This document shows, piece after piece, positions 33,808 through 44,966 of a DNA stretch of 64,000 nucleotides. This DNA comes from Methanotrichaceae archaeon (GTDB taxonomy: Archaea > Halobacteriota > Methanosarcinia > Methanotrichales > Methanotrichaceae). Location: contig CAWEXU010000013.1 of assembly GCA_963813075.1 (NCBI GenBank), forward strand, positions 64,001 to 128,000, written 5' to 3'. The position numbers were made by a program, and so were the translations under genes. The notes under the pieces were generated by a model. That model searched no databases. It worked only from the letters and a program-made list of their open reading frames with translations, and was not told where the DNA came from. The first letter of the stretch is position 1; each line of letters opens with the position of its first letter.

Positions 33808-33837
33808 ATCCTAGACCGATAGAAAGAGTGATGGTGA

Positions 33838-34500
33838 ATGGAAATGAAATGGATATTCCTGTGCAGCCTATTTCTGCTGCTCCTGGCAGCCTCGAATTGG
33901 GCAAATGCATCCGATCAGGATCTTTTGATCTCTGAGGTCGAGAGCTCGAGCGGCGAGGTGAATGAGAGCGCTCTGGTGCTGGCCCTGGCTGGAGAGCCAT
34001 CCGGAGAGCTTACCCGGGCAGAGGTCGATGGCCTGTTATTTATGATCGAGGAGGAGAAGCTGGCTGCCGACGTCTATTCGGCACTGGATGAAAAGTGGGA
34101 TATGCGCGTCTTTGAGAACATCGGAAGGGCAGAATTAACTCATCAGGCAGCGGTAAAAAGGCTTCTTGATAGGTATTCATTGCCGGATCCCAGGATGGGG
34201 GAGGGAGAGTTTGCCAATGAAACCCTGCAGGACCTCTACAATGATCTGCTGGCCCAGGGAAGCGTTTCGGTCAGTGACGCCCTCATGGCGGGAGCGGCGA
34301 TAGAGGAGATAGATATCTCCGATTTAGAGGAATATATGGCGCAAACGGATAAAGAGGACATACTGCTCGTGTATGCCAATTTAATGCGCGGATCGGAGAA
34401 CCACTTCCGGGCATTTGTCAATAACCTGGAAAGGCAGAGGGTCGAGTACACTCCTCAGTACCTGTCGGAGGAGGAGTACCGCAGCATAATGGAAGCCTGA
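33838..34500 (+). CDS. DUF2202 ferritin-like secreted protein
   Basis: EEEKLAADVY, AELTH, IEEIDISDL, GSENHFRAF; signal peptide. Confidence 0.85.
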   Translation: MEMKWIFLCSLFLLLLAASNWANASDQDLLISEVESSSGEVNESALVLALAGEPSGELTRAEVDGLLFMIEEEKLAADVYSALDEKWDMRVFENIGRAELTHQAAVKRLLDRYSLPDPRMGEGEFANETLQDLYNDLLAQGSVSVSDALMAGAAIEEIDISDLEEYMAQTDKEDILLVYANLMRGSENHFRAFVNNLERQRVEYTPQYLSEEEYRSIMEA

Positions 34501-34519
34501 AGCTGACTGCAAAGGGTCT

Positions 34520-35105
34520 ATGGCATCCAGGCAAGAGAGCGGCGAAATCGATCCCGTCCAGGCCCCTTCCGTGCTGAGAGTAGCCCTCTACTCTCTGCTC
34601 TTCAACCTGGCCCTGGTGGCAGCCAAGCTCACCCTATCTTTTCTATCCGGGAGCCTGGCCTTGCGAGCGGATGCCATTCACTCCACGGTGGATGTTATGG
34701 CCTCGATGGCCCTGATCCTGGGGGTGAAGATCTCAGAGAGGAAGAGCGAGAGCTTTCCCCTGGGGCTTTATAAGGTGGAGAACCTGGCATCCATCGCCAT
34801 CTCCTTTTTGGCGAATCCGGTTATTTCGCCCTGATGGATATGGATTTCGAGGAGATGAGGCTAGTCCGCCAGGAGATCTTGGCCAACCCCATAAGGATCT
34901 GAGCAAAGGCAGGGGGCTGAAGGTTGTCCAGTTTCTTTTGGGCTTCAAGCCCGATGTCGTCATCTCTCGAGAGCGCCTGGAGGGCAAGGGACCTGGCTAT
35001 GCCTTTGCCGAGGCGGGGGTGGAGACGGTGCAGACGGACGCCGAGACTCTGGTGGTGCTGGTGGCCGGTATATTGGAGGCAGAAGGGAAGAGTGCAAATC
35101 TTTAA
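34520..35105 (+). pseudogene. CDF transporter-NifB/NifX fusion with large internal deletion
   Basis: CDF TM1-3 (SLALRADAIHS, FPLGLYKVENL) joined near 34808 to FGESGYFAL...NP..KGRG..GKGPGYAF. Confidence 0.7.
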
Positions 35106-35223
35106 ATACAATATCGCATATAGGAGTAATTGCTCTTTCCCTCTCATCTACACTTGTCGGCAGGAGCAGAACGGCCCAAATTAGAGCATGATATGTTCGA
35201 AAAATCATAATCAGTGAGGTTTA

Positions 35224-35715
35224 ATGAAAGTATGTATTACTGCAGGGGCATCAGGGCTTGATGCTCCCATGGATCCCAGGTTTGGGCGCTGTCCCTTTTT
35301 TGTGATTGTAGATACAGACAGCATGAGCGAGAACTCAATTGTTAACTCCAATGTCAATGCAACCAGCGGCGCTGGCATACAGGTCGCCCAGGAGATAGCC
35401 AGGCAGGGAGCAGCAGCTCTTATCACCGGAAACGTCGGCCCCAATGCCATGCAGACCCTCTCCGCAGCCAAGATCGATGTTTATCAGTACCAGGGAGCAG
35501 GTAGCGTCAGGGACGTGGTGGAGAAGTTCAAGCGGGGCGAGCTTGTAAAGATCGCTGATGCATCCGTATCCGCTCATGCCGGCATGGGCCAGGGTGGCCA
35601 GGGCGGCCAGGGCATGGGACGGGGCGGCGGCGCTGGAAGGGGCGGCGGTCAGGGCAGAGGAAGAGGAGGCGGTCAGGGTAGCGGCCAGGGTGCGGGCAGA
35701 GGAGGGCAGTTTTAA
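35224..35715 (+). CDS. NifB/NifX (FeMo-co-binding fold) protein with Gly-rich tail
   Basis: DPRFGRCPFF, GAGIQVAQ, TGNVGPNA, GMGRGGG repeats. Confidence 0.9.
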   Translation: MKVCITAGASGLDAPMDPRFGRCPFFVIVDTDSMSENSIVNSNVNATSGAGIQVAQEIARQGAAALITGNVGPNAMQTLSAAKIDVYQYQGAGSVRDVVEKFKRGELVKIADASVSAHAGMGQGGQGGQGMGRGGGAGRGGGQGRGRGGGQGSGQGAGRGGQF

Positions 35716-36074
35716 TGAAGGTCTGCGTTCCCTCCATGGGCAATTCCGGCCTGGATGAGGCCATCTGCCAGCATTTCGGACGGGCTCCCACATTCACCGT
35801 GGTGGACCTGAACAACAATGAGATCCGCGTACTGCCCAATGTATCCGAGCACATGGGCGGGACGGGCCTGCCCACAGAGACCATATTTGCCGAGGGCGTC
35901 CAGGTGCTGATCGTAGGCGGCCTGGGTCCCAAGGCGGTCATGGCTTTCAGCGAGGCGGGAATAGACGTGTTCGTAGGTGCTACAGGCACCGTCAAGGATG
36001 CCATCGATGACTGGCATGAGGATCTACTGAGCCGCGCCAGCCCTGATAACGCCTGCCAGGATCATAAGCATTAG
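35715..36074 (+). CDS. NifB/NifX family protein
   Basis: HFGRAPTF, GGLGPKA, C-terminal CQDHKH. Confidence 0.9.
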   Translation: MKVCVPSMGNSGLDEAICQHFGRAPTFTVVDLNNNEIRVLPNVSEHMGGTGLPTETIFAEGVQVLIVGGLGPKAVMAFSEAGIDVFVGATGTVKDAIDDWHEDLLSRASPDNACQDHKH

Positions 36075-36094
36075 TCCTGCATAAGGGGGATGAG

Positions 36095-36943
36095 TTGAAG
36101 CTATCCATAGCTAGCGGCAAGGGCGGCACTGGGAAGACCCTGGTCTCCACATCGCTTGCTGCCTCTCTCCATTCCCGGATGGGTGGAGGGATCACAATCG
36201 CAGATTGCGATGTTGAAGAGCCCAATAGCTACCTATTCTTTCCGGACAGGACCCTTCTGGAAAAAGAAAGCTGCCAGGTTGCTGTGCCGCTGATAGATGA
36301 GAAGTTGTGCACCCATTGCGGCAAATGCAGTGATGTCTGCGCTTATCACGCCCTGGCCGTGCTCCCCGGAACGGTGCTGATCTTTCCCGAGCTCTGCCAC
36401 GGCTGCGGGGCCTGCAGCATAGTATGTCCAGAGAAGGCCATAAGCGAAGGCTCTCGATCGATAGGAGAGATATTTCATGCCCGCTCCGATGGCATGGATA
36501 TCATCTGGGGAGAGCTGGCCTTAGGCGAGGCCAGGACCACTCCTCTCATCAAAGCGGTAAAAGAGAGGGCACAGGGTGATACGGTGATCGTCGATTGCCC
36601 CCCAGGCACCTCCTGCTCCATGGTGGAGTCGGTGCGGGGGAGCGATTTTTGCCTGCTGGTCACCGAGCCCACCCCCTTTGGCCTGTACGACCTGGACATC
36701 GCTTTGAGGGTGCTGGACAAGATGAACATTCCTCAGGCGGTACTGGTCAACAAGAGCGGTGTGGGTGACCGGAAGCTCTACCAATACCTCGGGGAGAAGA
36801 AGATACCCCTTTTGATGGAGATTCCTCTGGACCGGAAGATCGCCGAGATCTACTCCCGGGGAGAGATATTCGTCCTGGGTATGCCGGAGTGGAAGGAGAG
36901 GTTTGTCGAGTTGGCGAAGAGAATTGAGGAGATGATATTATGA
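36095..36943 (+). CDS. MinD-superfamily P-loop ATPase with inserted 2[4Fe-4S] domain
   Basis: SGKGGTGKT, DCDVEEPN, CTHCGKC/CHGCGAC, DCPPGTSC, VTEPTPFG. Confidence 0.92.
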   Translation: MKLSIASGKGGTGKTLVSTSLAASLHSRMGGGITIADCDVEEPNSYLFFPDRTLLEKESCQVAVPLIDEKLCTHCGKCSDVCAYHALAVLPGTVLIFPELCHGCGACSIVCPEKAISEGSRSIGEIFHARSDGMDIIWGELALGEARTTPLIKAVKERAQGDTVIVDCPPGTSCSMVESVRGSDFCLLVTEPTPFGLYDLDIALRVLDKMNIPQAVLVNKSGVGDRKLYQYLGEKKIPLLMEIPLDRKIAEIYSRGEIFVLGMPEWKERFVELAKRIEEMIL

Positions 36944-37795
36944 AGCAGGTCGCTATAGTTAGCGGGAAAGGCGGAACCGGCAAGACCTCGATCATCGCCT
37001 CATTGGCAGCTCTTGCCCAGGGAACGGCAGTCTTTGCCGACTGCGATGTGGACGCCCCTGACCTGCACCTCATCCTCTGTCCCGAGATCCTGGAAAGGCG
37101 GGAGTTCTATGGCATCCAGAGGGCATTCATAGATCTAGAGAAATGCATCCAGTGCGGGATCTGTCAGGATGCCTGCCGCTTTGGTGCCATAAGCGATTTT
37201 GAGGTTGAAACTCCCCTCTGCGAGGGCTGTGGGGTATGCCAGCTGGTCTGTCCCGAGGATGCGGTCGAGATGAGGGAGGTCCAGGCCGGTGAGGCCTATA
37301 TCTCCCAGACCAGATTCGGTCCCCTGGTCCATGCCGAGCTGTATCCTGGAGAGGAGGCATCGGGAAAGCTGGTGGCCATGGTCAGGGAGATGGCTCGCGA
37401 CCTGGCGGCAGAGAAGAATCTGGATCTGATCCTCATAGACGGCTCTCCGGGCATAGGCTGTCCGGTGATCGCATCATTGACCGGAGTCGACCTGGCCTTG
37501 GTGGTGACCGAGCCCACAGTCACCGGGGAGCACGATCTGGTGACGGCTTTTGGATGTGGCCGGCCACTTCGGCATAAAGACCACGGTCTGCATCAACAAG
37601 TACGACCTCAACCCCCAAGCTGCGAGGCAGATCGAGGAGCTGTGCGAAAAGAGAGGGGTGAAGATCGCGGGAAGGCTGCCCTATCATACCTCGGTCATCG
37701 ATGCCATGGTCCGGGCTCAGGCGGTGGTGGAGATCGGAGGGCCGGTGGCCGGGGCGATCGAAGAGATGTGGAAGGGCCTGAAGGAGCGGCTTTGA
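36940..37795 (+). CDS. Second MinD-type ferredoxin ATPase; frameshift near 37545
   Basis: SGKGGTGKT, DCDVDAPDL, CIQCGIC, DGSPGIGCPV; second frame INKYDLN. Confidence 0.9.
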
Positions 37796-37945
37796 ACTGC
37801 CTTCGGAAAGATGTCCAATCTTCGAGCAGCCGTTCCTGGAAAGATACCATTTCTGCCGGTTAATCCAGGCATTATATATGTCTAATATGAAGGTTGATTT
37901 TTTATTGCCTAAAATGAAGAGAAAGTATTGGGGGTTTTGATCAAG

Positions 37946-38545
37946 ATGAAAGCAAAGTATCCTCTGGCCCGTGGGGCCATAATGGTCTGTCTGATAGCCT
38001 GCCTCTTCGTGCAGGCCCAGGCTTCCGATCCACTGGGAAGCGATATCTTTCTCATGCCCGGTGAGTCAAGAGGTATTGCCGGTCAGGATAATGTTTAGAC
38101 CTATATCGATCCGTATGCCGATCCGCTGAGCATTGACCCGTTGATGCGCCCGATCGATCCACAGCATTCGGCGGAGTATCTGGATAAGGTCATTGGCCGG
38201 GAGTATGCCGGTCCCTTTGCTAATGTCACAGAGGATCTGCGGGGCAACTGGAAGATGAATCTTTATGGCAGCATGCCGGGTACAATGGATCTTATGCTCG
38301 TGCAGAACAGGGATGCGGTCTTTGGACGGGGTGTAATAACCTCTTTCGCAACGACAAAAGACCTATCCGCCAGCGGCTGGACGGCTAAGGATGTGCTCTA
38401 TCTGGATATGGTTGATATGCAGAACATGATGCTCTACCGCTGCACTCTGACCATGAGCGAAAATAACCTCTCCGGCAGCTTCAGTGCCTATGATGCACAG
38501 GGAGGAACCTGGTCAGGAACCATACAGGCAAGCCGCCAGGCATAG
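37946..38545 (+). CDS. Hypothetical secreted protein with in-frame TAG at 38096
   Basis: Signal peptide MKAKYPLARGAIMVCLIACLFVQAQA, in frame with the 38141-38545 ORF across a single TAG. Confidence 0.6.
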
Positions 38546-38744
38546 ATCGAATAGTCCGAGATCGTGGGGCCAAAATCGGCCCAGATGGGACTGGGCTGGA
38601 CAGGACTGTACAAGGCTGGATAAGACTGAACAGAATTCCGCTCCCGGGACCTCCTGATCAAGATCGCTTATCAAGATTCCTTGATCGGGATATCACCGCG
38701 GATTTGAGGGCTGAATGGGCTTCGCTAAATATCCAGTGACTCTC

Positions 38745-39713
38745 TTATTCGGTTCCGATCTTATCCAGTTTCTCGGGGCGTCTCAAGTAGAAGCTATTGC
38801 CCTGATATTCGGTGCGGACGAGCTCCTTTTTCTCCACCAGCTCCTCTATAATATCCCAGCTATCTTTTGATTTTTCTAAAAATCCTCTAAGCGCCCCCTC
38901 TCTCATGGGGTGAACGGAAGCGATCGCCAGGATATCCTCTTTTGCGTCGCCGGTGAAGTCGAAGCTATCTCCCTCATATCCGACCAGAAGCTCGACCTTC
39001 TTCAGCCTCTGGCTGAATATCTGATGAGACCGGCACAGGCTCTCCGGGGAGGGCATCTGTACCCATGATTCTGCCGGAGGACGGATGGGAACGGAGATAT
39101 AGGATACATCAGGATCGACCCCTTCCAGGAACTCAACTATTGCCTGGTGGCTGGCCTGGTCATCGTTTATGCCCGCTATAAGCATAGTCTCCGTGGCCAG
39201 CACGCCGTTATAATCCCGGGCGAAATCTTCGATTCCCTGGAGGATGGCATCAAGCCTGAGCCTCTTATGTGGCCGGTCTATTCGCCGCCAGGCCCTCTCG
39301 TCCAGAGAATCCACCTTGAGCGACACCCAGTCCGCTTTGGACAGATCCTCTCGAACCAAATCATCCCAGATCAGGGAGGCATTGCTGATCACGGCTATTT
39401 TTATGCCGAGAGGTTTGAGCATCTCTATCTCTTCGCCCAGGTTGCTGTCCAGTGTGGGCTCGCCGTCAGGAACAAAAGTCAAGTAATCGATTTTCAGGCC
39501 CAGCTCTCTTGCTTCTGCCACCTTCTCACTCACCTGGTCGAAGATCTGCTGGAGGGGATAGTAGGGATGGCGCTCTGCTGACAATTGCAGAGTTCTGCCT
39601 ACCTGGCAGTAGGCGCAGGAATAGCTGCAGATCTTGGCCGGAATGTTATTGATCCCCAGGGATCGTCCCAGCCGGCGGGAGGGAACAGGCCCAAAAACTA
39701 TCAATCTCTCCAT
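38745..39713 (-). CDS. Radical SAM protein (FGPVPSRRLG subfamily)
   Basis: CSYSCAYC, DGEPTL, RPPAE. Confidence 0.9.
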   Translation of the reverse strand: MERLIVFGPVPSRRLGRSLGINNIPAKICSYSCAYCQVGRTLQLSAERHPYYPLQQIFDQVSEKVAEARELGLKIDYLTFVPDGEPTLDSNLGEEIEMLKPLGIKIAVISNASLIWDDLVREDLSKADWVSLKVDSLDERAWRRIDRPHKRLRLDAILQGIEDFARDYNGVLATETMLIAGINDDQASHQAIVEFLEGVDPDVSYISVPIRPPAESWVQMPSPESLCRSHQIFSQRLKKVELLVGYEGDSFDFTGDAKEDILAIASVHPMREGALRGFLEKSKDSWDIIEELVEKKELVRTEYQGNSFYLRRPEKLDKIGTE

Positions 39714-39724
39714 CTCTATTATCC

Positions 39725-40585
39725 TTAAAACTCGATTGAATCTCCCACTGTCAGAGTCTGGCAGCTCTCGCCTAAGACCTCCTGCAGCCGGGAGAGTGCC
39801 TTCTGACCGGTGCAGTGCCCTGGCCGGACAATTGCCGGGTCCAGATCGAGCAGGGCCCTGGCGGTGGCATCTATGCGCTTATTGTCTGCGCCCATGAGGT
39901 GGAATCCTCCTATCACCGCATACAGCCTCTCTTCTCCGGTTATCCTCTGGGCGTATCTTATGGTGTTGATGATGCCGCTATGGGCGCAGCCGCTGATCAC
40001 AATCAACCCCCTTCCAGGCAGATGTATGGCCAGTGATTGATCGTCAGGAATGGGGTCCGGAGAGTACTGCTCATCTCTCATGGTCCAGAATCCCTCCACC
40101 GTCTCGTAGGCCTCCACCCGAGGCACCTCGCCGGTGGTCATGACCCCCGGAGCCAGCGTTGCCGGGCCGCGGCAGGGGAGCATTATCGCCCCTGCAGCCT
40201 CCACTTGGTCCCGGGTGAAGGGAGCGCCTATGTACTTGAGATAAGGCCGGACCTTCAGCTTGGGAGCGAAGATATCCGGATGGGCAATAATTGGAATCGG
40301 AGCCTTCCTCCTCTGCAGCATGCCCATCAGTCCGCCGGTGTGATCATAGTGGCCGTGGCTGAGGCAGATCAGGTCGATCTCCTCTGGATCTATATGCAGA
40401 GCATCGGCATTATGGAGCATCACCTCCGGGGTTGCTCCTGTGTCCCAAAGCAACTTCATGCTCTCAGATCCTAGATTCATATCCAGATCCAGCAGGACGG
40501 ACAGGCCATGCTGGGCCTGCAGATGGTCGTTCTCAAGGGAAGCGGAGTTTTCAACCACAATGGTCAGACCAAGGTCCTGGAGCAT
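39725..40585 (-). CDS. MBL-fold metallo-hydrolase
   Basis: HGLS, SHGHYDHTGG, GCAHSG, GGFHL, GHCTG. Confidence 0.92.
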   Translation of the reverse strand: MLQDLGLTIVVENSASLENDHLQAQHGLSVLLDLDMNLGSESMKLLWDTGATPEVMLHNADALHIDPEEIDLICLSHGHYDHTGGLMGMLQRRKAPIPIIAHPDIFAPKLKVRPYLKYIGAPFTRDQVEAAGAIMLPCRGPATLAPGVMTTGEVPRVEAYETVEGFWTMRDEQYSPDPIPDDQSLAIHLPGRGLIVISGCAHSGIINTIRYAQRITGEERLYAVIGGFHLMGADNKRIDATARALLDLDPAIVRPGHCTGQKALSRLQEVLGESCQTLTVGDSIEF

Positions 40586-40743
40586 GGGTTGTTATATGGC
40601 TGCTGGGAGCTTAAGGATGACGCGCCAGGGCCGCTTTTGTCTCGCATTTCCTGTCTTTCCAGGCCAATTGACTGCCAGGCGCAATATCTTTATCTGCCTG
40701 TGCCCTGCAATATAAAGTAAAATTGAAATAGAGCAAAAAAAAT

Positions 40744-40805
40744 TGATTAGATTCGATTTAGATCTGACTTGATTTGATCCGATCTGACTTGATTTGAATC
40801 GAAAT
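40744..40805. repeat. Degenerate 5-bp (GATTT/GATCT/GACTT) tandem array
   Basis: About 12 pentamers with period 5; GATCTGACTTGATTTGA occurs twice. Confidence 0.7.
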
Positions 40806-40824
40806 GCAGCGATAGGTGAAGTGA

Positions 40825-41330
40825 ATGAGGCATAATCATATTGGCTTGCTGGCGTCCATGGCGGTCATCTTTATCCTGATCTCTCTGGGTGCATCGGCTT
40901 TGGAGGACGGCACTTATCCCAAGAGCGTGGTGGACAGCGCGAATAGGTCGGTTTCAATTCCCCTGCCCATAGAGAAAGGATCATAGTGCTCAATTCAGAT
41001 GCTGCCGAGGCGGTGGTGACGCTTGGAGCGGGGGATAAGATCGTGGGCATAACCCGGGCGATACAGGAGAGGAGCAGCCATCTTCCAGGTCTCGAGGATA
41101 AGCAGGTGATAGGGAGCAGTCAGATGGGCGGGGATGCGGACTATGAGCTGATTGCACCCAAGAAGGGTCTGGGTGATCTGATCACCTAAGGGAATGGCTC
41201 GGGGATGCAAGATCTCGTCCGGTCGGCCAGGGGAATGAATATTGCCGGAAAGCTGGAAAAATCGGCCCATGTCGAATGGGAGTGGGTGCTGACGGAGGAC
41301 CCGGAGGTGATAGGTAATATCCGTTACCAC
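40825..41330 (+). pseudogene. ABC transporter substrate-binding protein (Fe/cobalamin class) remnant
   Basis: Signal peptide, VVDSANRSV..PIE, frameshift to IIVLNSDAAE..LGAGDKIVG, stop, later EWVLTEDPEVI. Confidence 0.7.
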
Positions 41331-41335
41331 AAGAT

Positions 41336-44091
41336 CTATCCTGCTACTGCACATCCCTGGCTGCAGGCTTCCAGGATTCTTGCCAGCTCCTCAATATTGA
41401 TCGGCTTGCTGATGTACTCATTCATCCCCGCCTCCAGGCACTCGTCACGATCTCCGTCCATGGCATGGGCGGTCATGGCAATGATCCGGGTGCTCAGTCC
41501 TTGATCACGAATGTGACGGGTCGCTTCCAGTCCGTCCATCTCCGGCATCTGCACGTCCATTAGGACCACATCATAAGGCTTCTCATCCAGGGCCTGCAGG
41601 ACCTCCAATCCATTCTCTGCCACATCCGCCCTGTATCCCAACCGCTTGAGCATGCTGAGCGCCACCTTCCGGTTAACGGGATTGTCCTCTGCCATCAGAA
41701 TGCGAAGGGGCCGGGCTTCCTTCTCGGCATCGTCCGGGCAAGCATTGCTTTTCTTTAATGTCTCGTTTTCTGAGTGCGATATGAGCTCCTCCAAAAGAGA
41801 GCGAAGTTGTTGGATTTTCACCGGTTTGGTCAGCCGTCCGTCGGCCGCAACCCTGGAGTTGTAGCCCTGGCCCACAGGCGCGAGGAGGACCAGCCGGATA
41901 TCTCCGTATCTGCCGCTCTTGATCTCTTCGGCCAGATCCTGGGCCAGCTCATCATCCATCATGGCATCCATGAGTACATAATCGAATCTCTCTTTTTCCA
42001 GGAGGCTTTTGCCCTTCTGCAGGCTCGGGGCTGCACTGGAATCCATCCCCAGAGACCTGGTGGCACGAACCAGCATCTTCTGAGCACAATCATTGTCATC
42101 AATAATAAGTGCCCTCTTGCCTGCCAATATCGATCGAGAAGCAGTCGAACGGCAAATGGCCTTAGGGCAATCAGCAACAAACTTGAAGTTAAATACGCTT
42201 CCCTTTCCCTCCTCGCTCTCCGCCCAGATCTTTCCTCCCATCAATTCCACAATTCCCCGGCTGATGGCCAGCCCCAGCCCGGTCCCTCCATAGTTCCTGG
42301 TGTTGGAGGAATCAACCTGGGTAAAGGACTGGAAGAGCTTGGACTGGTTTTCAGGTGATATGCCCATCCCCGTGTCCCTGACCGCAAAATGAAGCTCAAC
42401 TCTATCATCATTCTGTTCGCATGCACGGGAGCTGACAGTTAGCACCACCTCTCCTTTATCGGTGAACTTTACCGCATTTCCCAGGAGGTTGATCAGGACC
42501 TGCATCAGACGGTTGACATCGCCTACTATCCAATTTGGAACCCCTTCCTCCAGCAGATAAGCCAGCTCCAGTCCTTTCTCTGAGGCTTTTACCGCCACCA
42601 TGTCCAGCGAGTCCTCTATGCAGCTCCGGAGGTCAAAGGGCACCTTTTCCAGCTCCAGCTTATTTCCATCGATCTTGGAGTAGACCAGGATGTCGTCGAT
42701 GATGTTGAGCAGGGCTTTGCTGCTTTTTTGAATGGTCTCAAGGAAGTCCTTTTGCTCCGGTTTCATATCCGTCCCCTGGAGGAGACCGGCCATGCCTATT
42801 ACTGCATTCATGGGCGTTCTTATCTCATGGCTCATATTGGCCAGGAACTTCGATTTTGCCTTTGCGGCAGCTTCGGCTTTATCCTTGGCCACCAGGAGGT
42901 CCTGATTAGCCGCCTCCAGTTCCTTAGTACGACGCTTGACTCTCTCCTCCAGATCTCCATTGAGCCGCCTTACCTTCTCCTCAGCTTTTTTTCTCTCCCC
43001 TATCTCCTGCTGGGCCTCCTGATACAGATCAGCATTCTCGTTCAGCACTATTATCTGGCGGATGAAGACCAGGCCGATTATCATCCCCACCCCAATGGAG
43101 AGGTTGTTAAAGGAAATGGCAAATTCGTGATTGCGGCTCCAGACGAGCATGCCGAAGGCTCCGGCCGCACATAGGTATGGCAGATAAAGAGGCCATCCGG
43201 TCCGGTCGTAACGCACTTTTGTATCCCAGGCAATATCAAATGCGCCCTTCTTTGCTGCCTCTCCCTGGGCGATTCCCGCCAGGCCCATGAACAGAAATCC
43301 TGCGATCCAGCCACTATCCAGAATTCCGCCCGGCTGGTAGGTTTCAACCAGAAGCTGGCCCAAATAGAAAGTATCTGTGGCTATCCATAATCCCGCTCCT
43401 AAAGCCAGGAACTTGAGCGCCTCGTTGCCGGGAAAGCTGAGCTTGCGAAAGAGCATTTCCACCACCAGGAAGACCAGGATCAGATCCATCACCGGATAGG
43501 TCACAACCAGAGCCATGGTTATGGTGTCCTCATTCAGGTTCTGGTGTATGGTGGGCTCCAGGATAAGGGACCAGAAAAATAGGCTAGAGGTTACGATCAC
43601 AATGGCTGAATCCAGCAATATCTTGGTCCTCTCTCTTAAGGTGACCTCAACCGAAGGCAATAGAAGTATGCCTATTATGAAGAGGACATAAGTCATGAGC
43701 CAGCCAACATCTGACAGTGAGGGAAAGTGGGATATGTTCAGAACCGTCTCATTCCAGGCCAATATGAAATCGCCTGTGGTAAAGCAGAGCTGGCCGGAGG
43801 CCATCATCAGCCAGGCAAGGAAGATCTTTCGGTTCACCCTCCTGGACTGCCAGGCGCCATAAAACAGGCAAAGGGTCATGGAACTGCCAACCACAACCGC
43901 AGCCCAATCGGTGTAAAAGATGATTGCATTGGGGTCATTTCTAAGATGATATCCTATGATCATGTAAATTGCGTAGATAGCAAATGCTATAATGGTGAAA
44001 TTCCTGATCTTTGAATCCCTCTTTTGGGCAAGAGCTGGCTTATCGTGTTGGAAATGCGGTAAGACAGCCATCTTAAATCTCCCCATCTTCA
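41336..44091 (-). CDS. Membrane hybrid histidine kinase with two receiver domains
   Basis: Multi-TM N-terminus, [45 protein letters not shown] 44091 after GAGGTG. Confidence 0.92.
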
Positions 44092-44348
44092 TCACCTCTT
44101 GAGGGATAATCCTGAGAGTTATGATTCTCCAGATATGCGTTGATCCCACTCAGCTCTGTATGGATTGCTGATGGACCGTTTGTAGTTACAACTATATATC
44201 TTTTTGTAGGTTTAACCTCTCAGACTTCAAATTTGCTGGCGATGTTGTAAGGGTGCACTCTTCCATCTCTTGACATATCAGATGATGTTGTCTTATATTA
44301 TTTTTTGGCATACTCTCTGAATCTGAATGATGGAGACAAAAGCCTTAT

Positions 44349-44942
44349 TTGCCGGCGGATTCACTCCATTTCGGAGATACGAGTTTGAGAGAGGAATACG
44401 AGAGGATGACCTTCGAGCAAAAGGTCTCCTATCTGCTGGAAAAGGAAAACCGCGACGAACTGCCAGACGACCTGGCAAAAGAAGGCATATCAGTTCTCGC
44501 CCAGGCAGGAGAGATAGAATACGCGGCAGCCATGGCAAGAGATCGAGGAATGATCGATGAGGCCATCAGGATCCTGGTGGATGCCGGCGACTACCTCTGG
44601 GCCGCCCTCATAGCCAAGAATGCGGGCCGAATAAGCCAATCCCAGACGCTCTACCAGGATGGGGTAGAGTATTACGTCGATATGGAGATGTTTGGAAGGG
44701 CGGTGTCTGCCGCAACTGCCCTCGGCATGCCAGCTGACCGGATCGATGACCTCTTTCGCCGGGGCGTCGAATGCGAGAGCAGAAGTATGGATCTGGAGCA
44801 TAGCAGGGGGATGATCGAATCCGCCCTGGAATCTCTGGATATCTCCCTGATCGGCAGGGACGATGAAGTGTCGGCCCAGATTATCAAGGCCTTGAGCGAG
44901 GAGCGGGAAAGAAGACAAAAAGAGGATGGCGAATTAAAGTGA
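44349..44942 (+). CDS. Hypothetical helical protein
   Basis: 197-aa ORF with host-like codon usage; start uncertain. Confidence 0.7.
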   Translation: MPADSLHFGDTSLREEYERMTFEQKVSYLLEKENRDELPDDLAKEGISVLAQAGEIEYAAAMARDRGMIDEAIRILVDAGDYLWAALIAKNAGRISQSQTLYQDGVEYYVDMEMFGRAVSAATALGMPADRIDDLFRRGVECESRSMDLEHSRGMIESALESLDISLIGRDDEVSAQIIKALSEERERRQKEDGELK

Positions 44943-44966
44943 TTTGAACGAATCAAAATCCGATCT

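Noticed and set aside
35224..36074. Nitrogen fixation cluster
   Set aside because: Only NifB/NifX-fold small proteins; no nifHDK or nifEN in the window
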